Source of the DNA: Nannocystis bainbridge
Lineage (GTDB): Bacteria; Myxococcota_A; Polyangia; Nannocystales; Nannocystaceae
Assembly: GCF_028368995.1 (NCBI RefSeq)
Contig: NZ_JAQNDL010000001.1
Location: 3,616,001-3,680,000 of the forward strand
Length of the DNA stretch: 64,000 nt
Reading direction: 5' to 3'
This document shows, one piece after another, positions 12,493 to 22,458 of this stretch. The position numbers and the translations under genes were made by a program. The first letter of the stretch is position 1. The number at the start of each line of letters is the position of its first letter. The notes beneath the pieces were generated by a model that saw only the letters and a program-made list of their open reading frames with translations, had not been told where the DNA came from and did no database searches.

Positions 12493-12544
12493 CTCGCGCG
12501 ACCGGCGAAGCAGCCTCGCTCGCGCGACCGGCGAAGCAGCCTCG
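12493..12544. repeat. Perfect 26-bp tandem duplication
   Basis: CTCGCGCGACCGGCGAAGCAGCCTCG x2. Confidence 0.85.
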
Positions 12545-12719
12545 CCTGCAGCGCCCTCCGCAAAGTCACGGCCGCGCCGCCTGGCGCACCCACGACCCGT
12601 GTGCACGGCGAGCCTCGCCCGCCCGCGCCGGCCGCAGCCAGGGGTCCGTGGCCGGCCGCTGGCGGCAGGACGGGCCGCCTCGCGCGCCCCCGCCCGCGCT
12701 TTTGGTCTATCGTGGCTCC

Positions 12720-14354
12720 GTGGCCGGATGGTTGGAGATCCGCCGGGGCCAGGCTCCCGTCACCAACGTCAACCTCGTCGGGCGTCGCGTCATCGTCGGC
12801 CGCTCCCCCGACTGTGACGTCGTCCTCAACACCACCTCGGTCTCGCGCCAGCACGCCGAGCTGATCTGCGACGACGCCGGCTGGCGCGTGCGCGACCTCG
12901 GCAGCCGCAACGGCACCGGCGTCAACGGCACCCGCGTCGCCGGCGAGCGCGGCCTGCAGAACTGCGACGTCCTCCGCATCGACGAGTTCGACCTCGTCTT
13001 CCACACCGGCCCGGCCCCGCTGCGGCCCGCCGCGCGCCCGCGCACCAGCGTCACCGACGGCGCCTTCGGCCCCGCGCGCACCTTGCAGGAGCTGGGCCCG
13101 CCCAAGGTCGACGCCTCGCACCTCTCGCGGCTGCTCGGCTTCAGCGCCGCCTTGCTGGCCGAAGGGGCAGCCGACCAGCGCATGTTCCAGCTGTGCGAGC
13201 TGCTGACCAGCGCGCATTTCCACGGCAACGCCGCAGTGGTCCTGCGGATCCTCCGCTCCGACGCCAGCGCCCCCGAGATTCTGTCCGGCCCGACCGGCCC
13301 CGGCGGCGAGCCGCCGATCAGCCGCTCGGTGATCAAGGCCGTGCTCGCCAGCGACGCCCCCGTGCTCGCCAGCTCCGGCCCCGCCGGCCCGAAGAACAAC
13401 ATGGTCCAGATGTCGGTCGTGTTCGGCGGCCAGGCCACCGCCGCCGTCGCTTGCCCGGTCGGCGGCGACGGCGAGCACCTCGACGTCCTCTACGTCATGC
13501 TGCCCGGCCAGTACGGCACCGCCGAGTGGCTCGCGCTCGCCTCGCTCGCCTCGGCCATGTTCCGCCAGGCCGAGGACGCCTGGACCGCGCGCGAGGCGGC
13601 CCAGCGCCAGGCCCTGCTCGAGGAGGAGCTGCGGCGCGCCGCCGCGATCCAGGCCCGACTTGTCCCTCGGGACATGTCCTCCGGGTCACTTCAGATCGGC
13701 TTCGGCTTCACCCCGTGCAAGGGCGTCGGCGGCGACTACGTCGACGCCCTGCCGACCCGCGACGGCCGCGTCCTCGTCACCGTCATGGACGTCGCCGGCA
13801 AGGGCATCGACGCCGCGCTGATCGCCTCCGGCCTGCACACCACCGTGCACCTGGCGGTCCGCCAGGGCATGTCCCTGCCCGACCTCGTCCACACCTTGAA
13901 CCGCCAGCTGCTCGACACCTGGAGCGGCGAGACCTTCGTGACCCTCGCGGCCGCGCTGATCGACCCGCGCACCGGCGCGCTCGAGGCGGTCGGCTGCGGC
14001 CACCCGGCGCCGATGGTCGTCAGCCCGAACGGCATGATCCGCGAGCTCCGCCTGGCCGAGGGCATGCCGATCGGCCTCATCGACATCGAGCTCGAGCTCA
14101 GCACCGACCGCCTCCGCCCCGGCGAGCTGCTCCTCCTCTACTCCGACGGCCTGTCCGAGTGTTTTAATGAGGACGACAAGATCCTCGGCGTCGACGGCCT
14201 CACCGAGATGGTCGCCGACATCCGCCACGCCGCCGGCCGCAAGCCCGACCTCGAGTGGTTCGAGTCCCAGCTCAAGGACCGGCTGGCCCACCACCGCGGC
14301 CGCGCCCCCGCCTCCGACGACATCAGCTTCGCCCTCGCCCTGTTCGGCGCCTGA
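12720..14354 (+). CDS. FHA-domain SpoIIE/PP2C-family protein phosphatase
   Basis: GTG start. FHA (VGRSPDCD, VSRQHA, DLGSRNGT), GAF-like middle region, PP2C motifs GGDYVD, DVAGKG, YSDG, DDIS. Confidence 0.9.
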   Translation: MAGWLEIRRGQAPVTNVNLVGRRVIVGRSPDCDVVLNTTSVSRQHAELICDDAGWRVRDLGSRNGTGVNGTRVAGERGLQNCDVLRIDEFDLVFHTGPAPLRPAARPRTSVTDGAFGPARTLQELGPPKVDASHLSRLLGFSAALLAEGAADQRMFQLCELLTSAHFHGNAAVVLRILRSDASAPEILSGPTGPGGEPPISRSVIKAVLASDAPVLASSGPAGPKNNMVQMSVVFGGQATAAVACPVGGDGEHLDVLYVMLPGQYGTAEWLALASLASAMFRQAEDAWTAREAAQRQALLEEELRRAAAIQARLVPRDMSSGSLQIGFGFTPCKGVGGDYVDALPTRDGRVLVTVMDVAGKGIDAALIASGLHTTVHLAVRQGMSLPDLVHTLNRQLLDTWSGETFVTLAAALIDPRTGALEAVGCGHPAPMVVSPNGMIRELRLAEGMPIGLIDIELELSTDRLRPGELLLLYSDGLSECFNEDDKILGVDGLTEMVADIRHAAGRKPDLEWFESQLKDRLAHHRGRAPASDDISFALALFGA

Positions 14355-14365
14355 ACCATCGAACA

Positions 14366-14407
14366 TGTCGTTCGCGCCATGCGCGATCGGACATGCTTTC
14401 AAAGACA
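14366..14407. repeat. TGTC-N6-GACA-type array, 3 degenerate units
   Basis: TGTCGTTCGCGCCA, TGCGCGATCGGACA, TGCTTTCAAAGACA at a 14-bp period. Confidence 0.75.
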
Positions 14408-14526
14408 TTCCCTTCGTGGAATATCCGAGCGCGTCCGGGCGCTCTCGCCCATGCCTGCGCGAGATCGCGCGCCCGTCCGCGATGGCGGGGTGACGATCGC
14501 CGCCCCGCCCTCTATCCTCGCGGCCG

Positions 14527-17500
14527 ATGCCGCAAGCGAAGCAGAAGTCGAAGCAGAAGGCCAAGAAGTCCGCCGCCGCCAGGGCGACCGCGAAGGCCGA
14601 CAAGCAGACGAAGAAGCCGAAGAAGAAGGCGAGCGACACCGGGCCCGCGAAGGCCAAGAAGGCCGCCAAGAAGCCCGCCGCCAAGGCCAAGAAGGCCGCC
14701 AAGACCGCTGCTCGCAAGCTCGCCAAGCGAGCCGAGAAGACCGACAAGAAGGCCAAGAAGACGGCCGACAAGGCCACCAAGAAGGCCAAGAAGACCGACG
14801 CCAAGGCCGCCAAGAAGGCGAACGCCAAGGCCGTCAAGAAGGCCGTCAAGAAGGCCACCAAGAAATCCGACGCCAAGGCCACCAAGAAGGCCGCCAAGAA
14901 ATCCGACGTCAAGGCCACCAGGAAGGCCGCCAAGAAGTCCGACGCCAAGGCCACCAAGAAGGCCGCCAAGAAGTCCGCCGACAAGGCCAAGAAGCTCGAC
15001 ACCAAGGCCGCCAGGAAGTCCGACGCCAAGGCCAAGAAGACCGCCGGCAAGCCCGCCAAGCCCGCCAAGCGGCGCGCCGCGCCCGGCCCGGCCACGGACG
15101 CCGTGCTCGCCGCGCAGCGGTTCTACGCCCTCCCGGTCGACGCCGAGGCCTTTGCCGCCAGCGAAGAGGGCCTGACCCTTCAGACAGGTGACGACCTGGT
15201 CGCCGCTCACTTCGAGCGCAACTTCGGCTACTTCGGCGCCATCGACAAGACCCTGTCCGGCTTCTACGTGCTCGACGACGAGGGCGACAACTACTACCTC
15301 GCCGACCTGCGCGACAGCGGTCAGGTGTGGTGGCAGGATCACGAGACCCGCGAAGTCTCGCTCGCCTTCGCCAGCGTCGAGGACTACGCCGGCTACCGCG
15401 AGGCCAGGGCCGCCGCCAGTGACGACGAGGACGCCGACGACGACGAGATCGCCGACCGCTTCCGTCCGCGCAAGCTCAAGTCGACCGGCGAGCGCCGGCC
15501 CAGCACCGCCAAGCTGCTCGAGCGCTACCAGTGGCTCGTGTGGCTGTTCGCGCGCAGCCACGAGCTGCGCGGGCAGATCCTCGAGCAAGACGCGGACCTG
15601 GTGAACCGCGCCTACGGCCACCTGCGCGGCACCTTCGCCACCCGCGCCGCCGAGGCCAAGGCCTTCGCCGCCGAGCGCGGCCGCCTCGCCGACGACCCGC
15701 ACCTCGGCATCTACTGGCTGCTCCACACCAGCGTGCTCGCCGACCACGCCCGCCGCGACGAGGTCGTCGCTGCTCTCGATGGCAGCGAGCACCCGCTCGT
15801 CCACGCCTTTGTCGCCGCCTTCGGCGCTCTCGCCCACGACGGCGACGTGCCCGCCGCTCCCGGTTTCCGCGTCCGTCGCTCGCGGCTGCTCTTCCTCACC
15901 GGCGGCGCCCTCACCAGCGAAGAGGTCGACCGCGAGCGCCTGACCGCCGCTCTGTTCGCCGACCCCGTCAATCACGGCTTCATCAAGGCCGAGCGTCTGG
16001 TCGACGCCGCCGCCGCCGCCGATGAGCTGCAGCAGCTCCACGACCTCGTCGCCGCCGGCCTGCCCGGGCCCGAGCTCGGCTGGCACAGCCTCGCCGCCTT
16101 GCTCGACGTGCGCGCCGGCGTCCAGGCCAGCCGCGCCGCCGATACTGTCCTCAAGGACATGAACGAAAGTACAGACGTCGACCTGCTGGCCGACGTGCTC
16201 GAGCTGCTGGCGCCGGTGGCGACCGACCGCGAGCAGGTGCGCGCGCTGATCGACAGCGTGCTCGCGCGCGACCCGTTCCACTGGGGCGTGCTGGAGGTCG
16301 GCAAGGTCGCCGCCGAGCGCGACCTCGAGGTCGCGCGCGCCGAGCAGTTCATCGCCCGCATCGCCCCGCTCGCCGAGGTGCGGCCGCTCCTGCTCGAGAT
16401 CTTCAGCGAAGACGACGACGAGCGCGGGGCCGCCCTCAAGCGGCTGCGCGAGCTCCCGCCGGCGCAGCAGCACCTGCTCGCCCGCCGCCTGCTCGTCATG
16501 GCCAGCCAGATCGCCGGCGACGCCCTCGCGGTCGCCGTCGATGTCCTGCTCGGCGCCGGCGACCCCGACGCCCTCGCCGAGCTCGCGCGCACCGTCGAGG
16601 GGTTGCAGGACCCGTCGCAGTTCGCCGAGCAGCTCGTCGAATTGCGCGAGGCCGGCATCGTCGACCTCGCCGACCCGCTGCTGCCGATCGTCCAGGGCCT
16701 GCTCCTGCGGCCCGAGAGCGACGGGTTCATGGCCGACCACTGGAAAGAGGCGCTGGTCGAGAAGCTGGCGCCGGTCGCCCACGAGCCGGTCGTGTTCGAC
16801 TGGTTGCTGGCCGCGCTCGAAGAGGACAGCCGGCACAGCCTGCGCGACGACATCCTCTCCAAGCTGTTCATCGCCTACAACGACAACCAGGTCGTCGCTC
16901 GCCTGTCCGAGGCGCAGGCCTCCCGCCTGATCCGCCTGGCCGCGCGCCTCGGCGTCAAGCCGGCCGACGCCGACGCGCACGAAGACGGCGTGTTCCCGGC
17001 GATCCACGTCTACCACGCCGCCGGTCGGGTCCTGTTCTACTTCGACAACCCGGGCGGCTTGCCGGCGATCGCCGAGGTCCTCGCGCAGGCGACCGACGTC
17101 GAGCTGCTGAGCAACCTCTACAGCGCGCTCGCCCACATCAAGACCGAGGACTCGCTGGGGCTCCTGCGCTCGCGCCTGTTCGTCGAGCAGCGGCAGGTCT
17201 GGAACCTCTGCAACGCCGTCGCCGAGACCTTCGACGACGAGGGCCACGCCGAGGTCATGGCCGAGCTCGAGCGGACCCGCAGCGACCACGGGGCCAACAG
17301 CTACGCGGTGGTGTTCATCGACTTCGCCAACGACACCAAGAAGAAGCCGCACACCTACGTCGCCCAGCTCGCGCGGGCCGTGCTCGGCTGGCCGGAGCCG
17401 ACCGATCCGCGGGCCCGCGGCCAGCGCAAGTTCGTGCTGATGCACGCCGTCCGGCTCGGGCTCGAGAGCGCCGACCACGAGCTCGTGCGCCTGGCCCACC

Positions 17501-19131
17501 CCGCCGCGCTGGCGATCGCCGAGCCGCCGTTCTCCAACCTCGCCGAGCTCCACTACGAGAACGCCACCGAGGACCCGTGGGGGTCGCTCAAGGCCAGGGA
17601 TCGCAAGCTGCTGGATCGCGTGCTGGCCGGCGAAGTCGCCGGGCCGCGCAAGCTCGACGAGCCCGTGAAGAAGATCGACGACGACACCCTCGCCGAGCTG
17701 GCCGGCGTGCCCGTCGACCGCCGCTTCCTCACCACCCCGGACGGCGAGGTGTGGTTCTTCGACAAGCAGGACCGCCTGCACGTGTTCGACGGCCAGGAGG
17801 TCCGCGCCCCGAGCTTCACCGTCGTCCGCCCCGAAGATCTCGGGGCCTTCCTCGCCGGCGTCGAGCGCTGCGACGGCCACGTCGTCCAGTGGAACAGCGC
17901 GGCCGGGGAGTTCCGCGACATCGCCCGCTACGGCGATCGCGTGCTGATCTTCGAGGGCGTCAACAACGGCCCCTTCACCGCCACCGGCCTGATCGCCGCG
18001 GGGGCCGGGGCCGCCGACGTGCTGTACCACAAGCTCGTCGATCACCTGGCCAAGGACTGGTTCGTCGCCGACGCCTGGTACGTCCCGGGCCTCGGCGGCG
18101 TCCAGCGCACCTTCTACGCCCCGCTCCCCGGCGGCAAGTACAACGACGAGCGCGACCGCCTGCACGAGCTCGAGGGCACGCCCGCGGCGCTGGCCGACGC
18201 CGAGGCCAGGGCGCTGGCGCTGATGCAGCGCCCCGGCGCCCGCGTGGCCTGCATCGAGTGGATGGACGACCTGCGCCGGCGCTCCGACATGGGCCTGCTC
18301 GAGTACTTCTCGGACCGCGCCCGCGACGACGAGAAGTCGCCGCGCTGGCACCTCGAGGCGTTCGCCGAGTTCGAGCAATTGCTGAACGAGTGGGACTGGG
18401 CGTCAACCGTACCTGGCCTTTCGGTCAGCCACGGCGCGCCGCCCGACGACGACGCGATCGCCCGCTTCGCCGCCGCCGCCGGCGCCGAGGTGCCGGAGAA
18501 GCTGCGCGACGCCTGGGCCCACGGCCCGCTGGCGTGGCAGATCGGCGAGCAGGGCCTGGCCTTGCTCGGGCCCGACGAGGCGCTCGCGCGCGGCCCGGCG
18601 CTCGCCGCCGCCGCCGAGGGCATCGCCGCCCAGCTGCCGCCGGCCGACGCCGAGGCCCTGCGCAAATTCATGGCCGGCGCGCAGGTGGTGATCGAGGACG
18701 CGCAGCAGCGGCCGGTGGTGCTGTTCGTGCCGAAATCGCCGCAGCGCGGCGACGGGCGGGTGTTCGTCGAGTACGACGTCGCCGGCCCGCCCGAGGACCT
18801 GTGGTTCGAGGGCTCGTTCGAGTGGTTCATCGCCGAGTCGCTGGGCCGCCCGTTCGTCAAGGCGCTCGGCGAGGCCTGCCCCGAGCTGCTCGGGCTGCCG
18901 TACGGGGCGCGCCGCCACGAGGGCGTGGTCCGCCGCCGCTACGTGCAGGGCGGCAAGTTCTGGGAGGTGGTGTTCGACCCCGAGGCCGGATTCGTGCTGA
19001 CCCGCTCCGGCAAGGCCGGCGCGGCCGGCAGCCACACGCTGCGCCGCTTCACCAGCCCCGAGCAGGCGCAGGCGAACTTCGAGAAGCAGGTCAAGGGCAG
19101 GACCCGCGACGGCTGGCGCCTCGCGACCTGA
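14527..19131 (+). CDS. Large protein: histone H1-like Lys/Ala tail, SMI1/KNR4 (SUKH)-like segments, helical repeats, C-terminal WGR domain
   Basis: About 185 aa of KATKKAAKKSDA repeats. DDEGDNYYLADLRDSGQVWWQDHE and DDDAIARFAAAAGAEVPEKLRDAW are SUKH-like. KFWEV...TRSGKAGAAG...KTRDGW-type C-terminus is WGR-like. Confidence 0.8.
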   Translation: MPQAKQKSKQKAKKSAAARATAKADKQTKKPKKKASDTGPAKAKKAAKKPAAKAKKAAKTAARKLAKRAEKTDKKAKKTADKATKKAKKTDAKAAKKANAKAVKKAVKKATKKSDAKATKKAAKKSDVKATRKAAKKSDAKATKKAAKKSADKAKKLDTKAARKSDAKAKKTAGKPAKPAKRRAAPGPATDAVLAAQRFYALPVDAEAFAASEEGLTLQTGDDLVAAHFERNFGYFGAIDKTLSGFYVLDDEGDNYYLADLRDSGQVWWQDHETREVSLAFASVEDYAGYREARAAASDDEDADDDEIADRFRPRKLKSTGERRPSTAKLLERYQWLVWLFARSHELRGQILEQDADLVNRAYGHLRGTFATRAAEAKAFAAERGRLADDPHLGIYWLLHTSVLADHARRDEVVAALDGSEHPLVHAFVAAFGALAHDGDVPAAPGFRVRRSRLLFLTGGALTSEEVDRERLTAALFADPVNHGFIKAERLVDAAAAADELQQLHDLVAAGLPGPELGWHSLAALLDVRAGVQASRAADTVLKDMNESTDVDLLADVLELLAPVATDREQVRALIDSVLARDPFHWGVLEVGKVAAERDLEVARAEQFIARIAPLAEVRPLLLEIFSEDDDERGAALKRLRELPPAQQHLLARRLLVMASQIAGDALAVAVDVLLGAGDPDALAELARTVEGLQDPSQFAEQLVELREAGIVDLADPLLPIVQGLLLRPESDGFMADHWKEALVEKLAPVAHEPVVFDWLLAALEEDSRHSLRDDILSKLFIAYNDNQVVARLSEAQASRLIRLAARLGVKPADADAHEDGVFPAIHVYHAAGRVLFYFDNPGGLPAIAEVLAQATDVELLSNLYSALAHIKTEDSLGLLRSRLFVEQRQVWNLCNAVAETFDDEGHAEVMAELERTRSDHGANSYAVVFIDFANDTKKKPHTYVAQLARAVLGWPEPTDPRARGQRKFVLMHAVRLGLESADHELVRLAHPAALAIAEPPFSNLAELHYENATEDPWGSLKARDRKLLDRVLAGEVAGPRKLDEPVKKIDDDTLAELAGVPVDRRFLTTPDGEVWFFDKQDRLHVFDGQEVRAPSFTVVRPEDLGAFLAGVERCDGHVVQWNSAAGEFRDIARYGDRVLIFEGVNNGPFTATGLIAAGAGAADVLYHKLVDHLAKDWFVADAWYVPGLGGVQRTFYAPLPGGKYNDERDRLHELEGTPAALADAEARALALMQRPGARVACIEWMDDLRRRSDMGLLEYFSDRARDDEKSPRWHLEAFAEFEQLLNEWDWASTVPGLSVSHGAPPDDDAIARFAAAAGAEVPEKLRDAWAHGPLAWQIGEQGLALLGPDEALARGPALAAAAEGIAAQLPPADAEALRKFMAGAQVVIEDAQQRPVVLFVPKSPQRGDGRVFVEYDVAGPPEDLWFEGSFEWFIAESLGRPFVKALGEACPELLGLPYGARRHEGVVRRRYVQGGKFWEVVFDPEAGFVLTRSGKAGAAGSHTLRRFTSPEQAQANFEKQVKGRTRDGWRLAT

Positions 19132-19173
19132 AGGCCCGCGCGGGCGCGCCAGCCGGCGCGCCCGCGATCGCCA

Positions 19174-19270
19174 TGCTTTGCAGACATGTCCTTCAGAGCA
19201 TGCTCCAATGAGCATGTCTTATGTGACATGTTATTCAGGACATGATTCCATGAACATGCCCGCCTGGGCA
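19174..19270. repeat. TGTC-N6-GACA-type array, 7 units, between convergent genes
   Basis: CATG junctions at 19172, 19185, 19199, 19213, 19227, 19241, 19255 and CACG at 19269. The period is 14 bp except for one 13-bp unit. Confidence 0.92.
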
Positions 19271-19299
19271 CGTCACTCTCTATAAAAGATAGAGAGCGT

Positions 19300-22140
19300 T
19301 CAGTGCGCGGCTTCCCACGCGTCGAGCTGCCCCAGCCCGCGCAGGCCGGCCGCCCCCGCGCGCTGCAGCGACTCGCGGGCCGCCCTCGCCGCCTCGGCCG
19401 CCTCGGTCGCGGCTCCGGTCGCGCGCAGCGCCTGGGCCCGCGCCAGGTGCATCATCCCCAGGTCGCCGGGATCGGGGGTCGAGGCGGCCACGTTCTTGAG
19501 CGCGCGGTCGACCCGCCGCAGCGCCGCCGCCGGGTCCTTCTCGAGCAGGTCGACCTGCGCCTGGCCCAAAAGACAGAGCCCGAGGTCGGGGTGGTCGGGG
19601 CCGAGAGCGCTCTCGCGGATCTCGCAACCCCGCACGTACGCGACGCGGGCGCCCGGGTAGTCGGCGAGGTCGCGCCTGGTGTCGCCGATGAACGTAAACA
19701 CCCCCGCGAGCGCCACGTGCCCGGGGGGCAATGTCTCCTCGAGGTGCTGCTGCGCGGCCATCAGCTCGACCAGCCCCTCGGCTGGCTTTCCGGACAGCTG
19801 CAGCATCCCGCCGATGTTCTGCCGGATCAGCCCGACGTTCGGGTCCTTCGGGTTGATCGCCTCGAGGATGGCCCGCGACCGCTGCAGCGCCGCGATCGCC
19901 TCCGCGTGGCGGTTCTGCCGCTCGAGCGCCAGCGCCAGGTTGTTCAGCGGGTTGGCCAGGTCGGGGTGCCCCGCGCCGTGGGCCTGCTCGTCGAGCGCGA
20001 CCGCCCGCTCGAACAGCTGCTGCGCCTCGCGGTAATGGCCGCCGCGCAGCTTCGACGCGCCGAGCACGTTGACCAGGTTGACCAGGCGCGGGTGCTCGGG
20101 GCCGTAGACCTTCTCGTACAGCGCAATCGCCTCGCTCACCGGCGCCTCGGCGCCGGCGTTGTCGCCGGCGGCGATCGCGATCATGCCGACTTGATGCAGC
20201 CACTGCGCGCGCTCGCGGTCGGGCTGGCCGCGGCGACGCAGCAGCGCCTCGGCGTGGTCGACCCACGGCTGGGCCTCGGCCTTGCGCCCGAGCTTGTAGC
20301 CGACCACGAACATCTGGCTCAGCAGCCCATCCCACAGCGTCTCGTCGTCGCGGTCGGCCACCGCCTGCCAGATCGCCGCCGCCTCGGTCGTGCGCGCCAG
20401 CTCGTCGTTGCCCGCCTCGCGCTGCGCCCGCGCCAGCGCGTGGCGGGCCGCCGCCGTCAGGCTCGGATCGTCGAGCGCGAGCGCCTCGGTCGCCGTCGCC
20501 TCGAGCTCGGCCAGCGCGTCCTTGCTCTTGCCCGCGTTCACCTTGGCCCGCGCCGCCCGCAGCCGCTCGCGCAGCGCCTCGCTGCGGGCCGGGTCGGCGA
20601 CCGGGCGCGAGGCCAGGGCCCCGCTGCGCAGCGCCTCGGCGTCGGCGCAGCCCTGCAGCCCCGGCAGCCCCGCCACCGCCTCCGCGGCCCGCTTCACCAC
20701 CTGCTTGTCGGCCTGGCCCAGCAACTCGAGCAGCGCGTCGAGGTCGCGCAGCCGGTGCTGCAGGCAGGCCATGCGCAGGTCCATCAGCTCGGCCGACTGC
20801 TCGCCGCGCACCTGCGTCGAAGCACATGTCTCTTCGTACATGTCCTTCCATTCCTGCGCGTAGCGATCGATCTGCGGCGCCGCCCCGGCCCACGCCCCGG
20901 CCGCGTAGGGCAGCCCGGTGGCCGCGAACGCCGCCTCGACCGTCGCCCGCCGCTCCGCGGGCCACACCGCGCCGACGCGCTCGGCCCCGCCGCCGCACAC
21001 GCCCGGCCCGGTCATCGCCAGCGCCGTGCCGCCGGCCACCGCCGCCGCCAGCAGGGTCCCGCCGAGGGCCAGCCAGCGCCGCTGCCGGCGGACCCGCCCG
21101 GCCTGCAACTCGGCCAGCAGCGCGTCCATGCGCGGGTACCTGGCCTCTCGGTCAGGTTGCAGCCCGCGCAGGCAGATCCGGTGGAGCCACCCGGGCACCT
21201 CGCTGCCGCGCGGCGGCGGCTCGCGCTGGCCGCTGCGGGCCCTCGCGGCCAGCTCCTCGATCGTCGAGCCGGCGAACGGGCGCTTGCCGTACAGCGCCTC
21301 GAACAGGGCCACGCAGAAGCTGAACTGGTCGGTGCGCGCGTCGACGGCCACGCCGGCGTGCTGCTCGGGCGACATGTACGCCGGCGTGCCGACGATCGCC
21401 CCGTAGCGGGTGATCTGGGTGTCGAGCGCGCTCGCGCCGGCGGCCTCGATCGCGTCCGCCGGCGCCTCGGGATCCTCGTCGCGGCGGGCCAGCCCGAAGT
21501 CGGCCACCTGCGCCCGCAGCCGACCGGTCGCGGCGTCGGTGCTGAGCAGCACGTTGTCGGGCTTGAAGTCGCGGTGGATCAGCCCGACCGCGTGCGCCGC
21601 CGCCAGCCCGGCGCCGGCCTGCGCGAACAGATCGACGACCTCCGGCCACGGCCGGCGCGTGGCGATCCACGCCCGCAGGTCGGTGCCCTCGACCAGGTCC
21701 ATGGCGATGAAGACCTGGTCGTCGCGGTGCGCCCCGACGTCGAACACCGGCACCACGTTGGGGTGCGACAGCTTGGCCATCGCCTGCGCCTCGCGGATCA
21801 TCCGCGTGCGCGCCTCGCCGACGGCCGTGCCGTGCAGCAGCTTGATCGCCACGGTGCGGTCGAGGTCGGGGTCGTGGGCCTTGAAGACCGTGCCCATCCC
21901 GCCGGACCCGAGCTGCCCGAGGATGACGTAGCGGCCCAGCGTGGACGCGGGCGCCTGCGCCTCGCCGCCCGCGGGCAGGCTCGCGGTGGTGCGCTCGACG
22001 TCGACCGCGGTGCGCCCCCGCTCGAGGCTGTCGGGGCGCACCACCGTCTCCTCGACAGAGAACCGTCGGCCCGACGCGGGCGCGGTGGTCTGCTCGAGCG
22101 CGTCCGTCGCCTGACTCTCGGGCCATGTCTTCTTGGACAT
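19300..22140 (-). CDS. Membrane Ser/Thr protein kinase with C-terminal TPR repeats
   Basis: LGSGGMG, VAIK, HRDFKPDN, DFGL, GTPAYMSPE; one TM segment; TPRs with HPD motifs. Confidence 0.95.
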   Translation of the reverse strand: MSKKTWPESQATDALEQTTAPASGRRFSVEETVVRPDSLERGRTAVDVERTTASLPAGGEAQAPASTLGRYVILGQLGSGGMGTVFKAHDPDLDRTVAIKLLHGTAVGEARTRMIREAQAMAKLSHPNVVPVFDVGAHRDDQVFIAMDLVEGTDLRAWIATRRPWPEVVDLFAQAGAGLAAAHAVGLIHRDFKPDNVLLSTDAATGRLRAQVADFGLARRDEDPEAPADAIEAAGASALDTQITRYGAIVGTPAYMSPEQHAGVAVDARTDQFSFCVALFEALYGKRPFAGSTIEELAARARSGQREPPPRGSEVPGWLHRICLRGLQPDREARYPRMDALLAELQAGRVRRQRRWLALGGTLLAAAVAGGTALAMTGPGVCGGGAERVGAVWPAERRATVEAAFAATGLPYAAGAWAGAAPQIDRYAQEWKDMYEETCASTQVRGEQSAELMDLRMACLQHRLRDLDALLELLGQADKQVVKRAAEAVAGLPGLQGCADAEALRSGALASRPVADPARSEALRERLRAARAKVNAGKSKDALAELEATATEALALDDPSLTAAARHALARAQREAGNDELARTTEAAAIWQAVADRDDETLWDGLLSQMFVVGYKLGRKAEAQPWVDHAEALLRRRGQPDRERAQWLHQVGMIAIAAGDNAGAEAPVSEAIALYEKVYGPEHPRLVNLVNVLGASKLRGGHYREAQQLFERAVALDEQAHGAGHPDLANPLNNLALALERQNRHAEAIAALQRSRAILEAINPKDPNVGLIRQNIGGMLQLSGKPAEGLVELMAAQQHLEETLPPGHVALAGVFTFIGDTRRDLADYPGARVAYVRGCEIRESALGPDHPDLGLCLLGQAQVDLLEKDPAAALRRVDRALKNVAASTPDPGDLGMMHLARAQALRATGAATEAAEAARAARESLQRAGAAGLRGLGQLDAWEAAH

Positions 22141-22458
22141 CTTCTTTTAAAAGGGGGGGCGCCCGCCCACCGCCTCTCTCGGCCCATCATCGGTCATGCC
22201 GGCCGCCCGGCCAACCTCGGCCGCGCCCCGGCGCCACCGGCGCGCGCGGCTCGCTTCCGCGCCCGCACGCGATCGCCTCCGCGCACGCACGCACCGCGAG
22301 CGCCGCTCTCTCGGGGAGTCGCGCCCGCAAGGCCCATCACCGCCAGCTCGCGGATCGTCGACAACTCGCGCGCCGGCGCCTCGCGGGCCCGTCGCTCCCG
22401 AAACGCGGGTGCTCCGGCGGCCTCCCATGCCCCGGCGAGACAGGCCGATAGGCTCGAC

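Noticed and set aside
12286-12864. ORF encoding (PSLAE)n repeats
   Set aside because: It crosses a terminator, the remainder is low-complexity Pro/Arg/Ser, and it overlaps the FHA gene out of frame. It is treated as a non-coding repeat.
19174-19270. CRISPR array interpretation of the 14-bp-period arrays
   Set aside because: The constant part is only 8 bp, the variable part is 6 bp, and there are no cas genes. This is far outside CRISPR repeat/spacer sizes.
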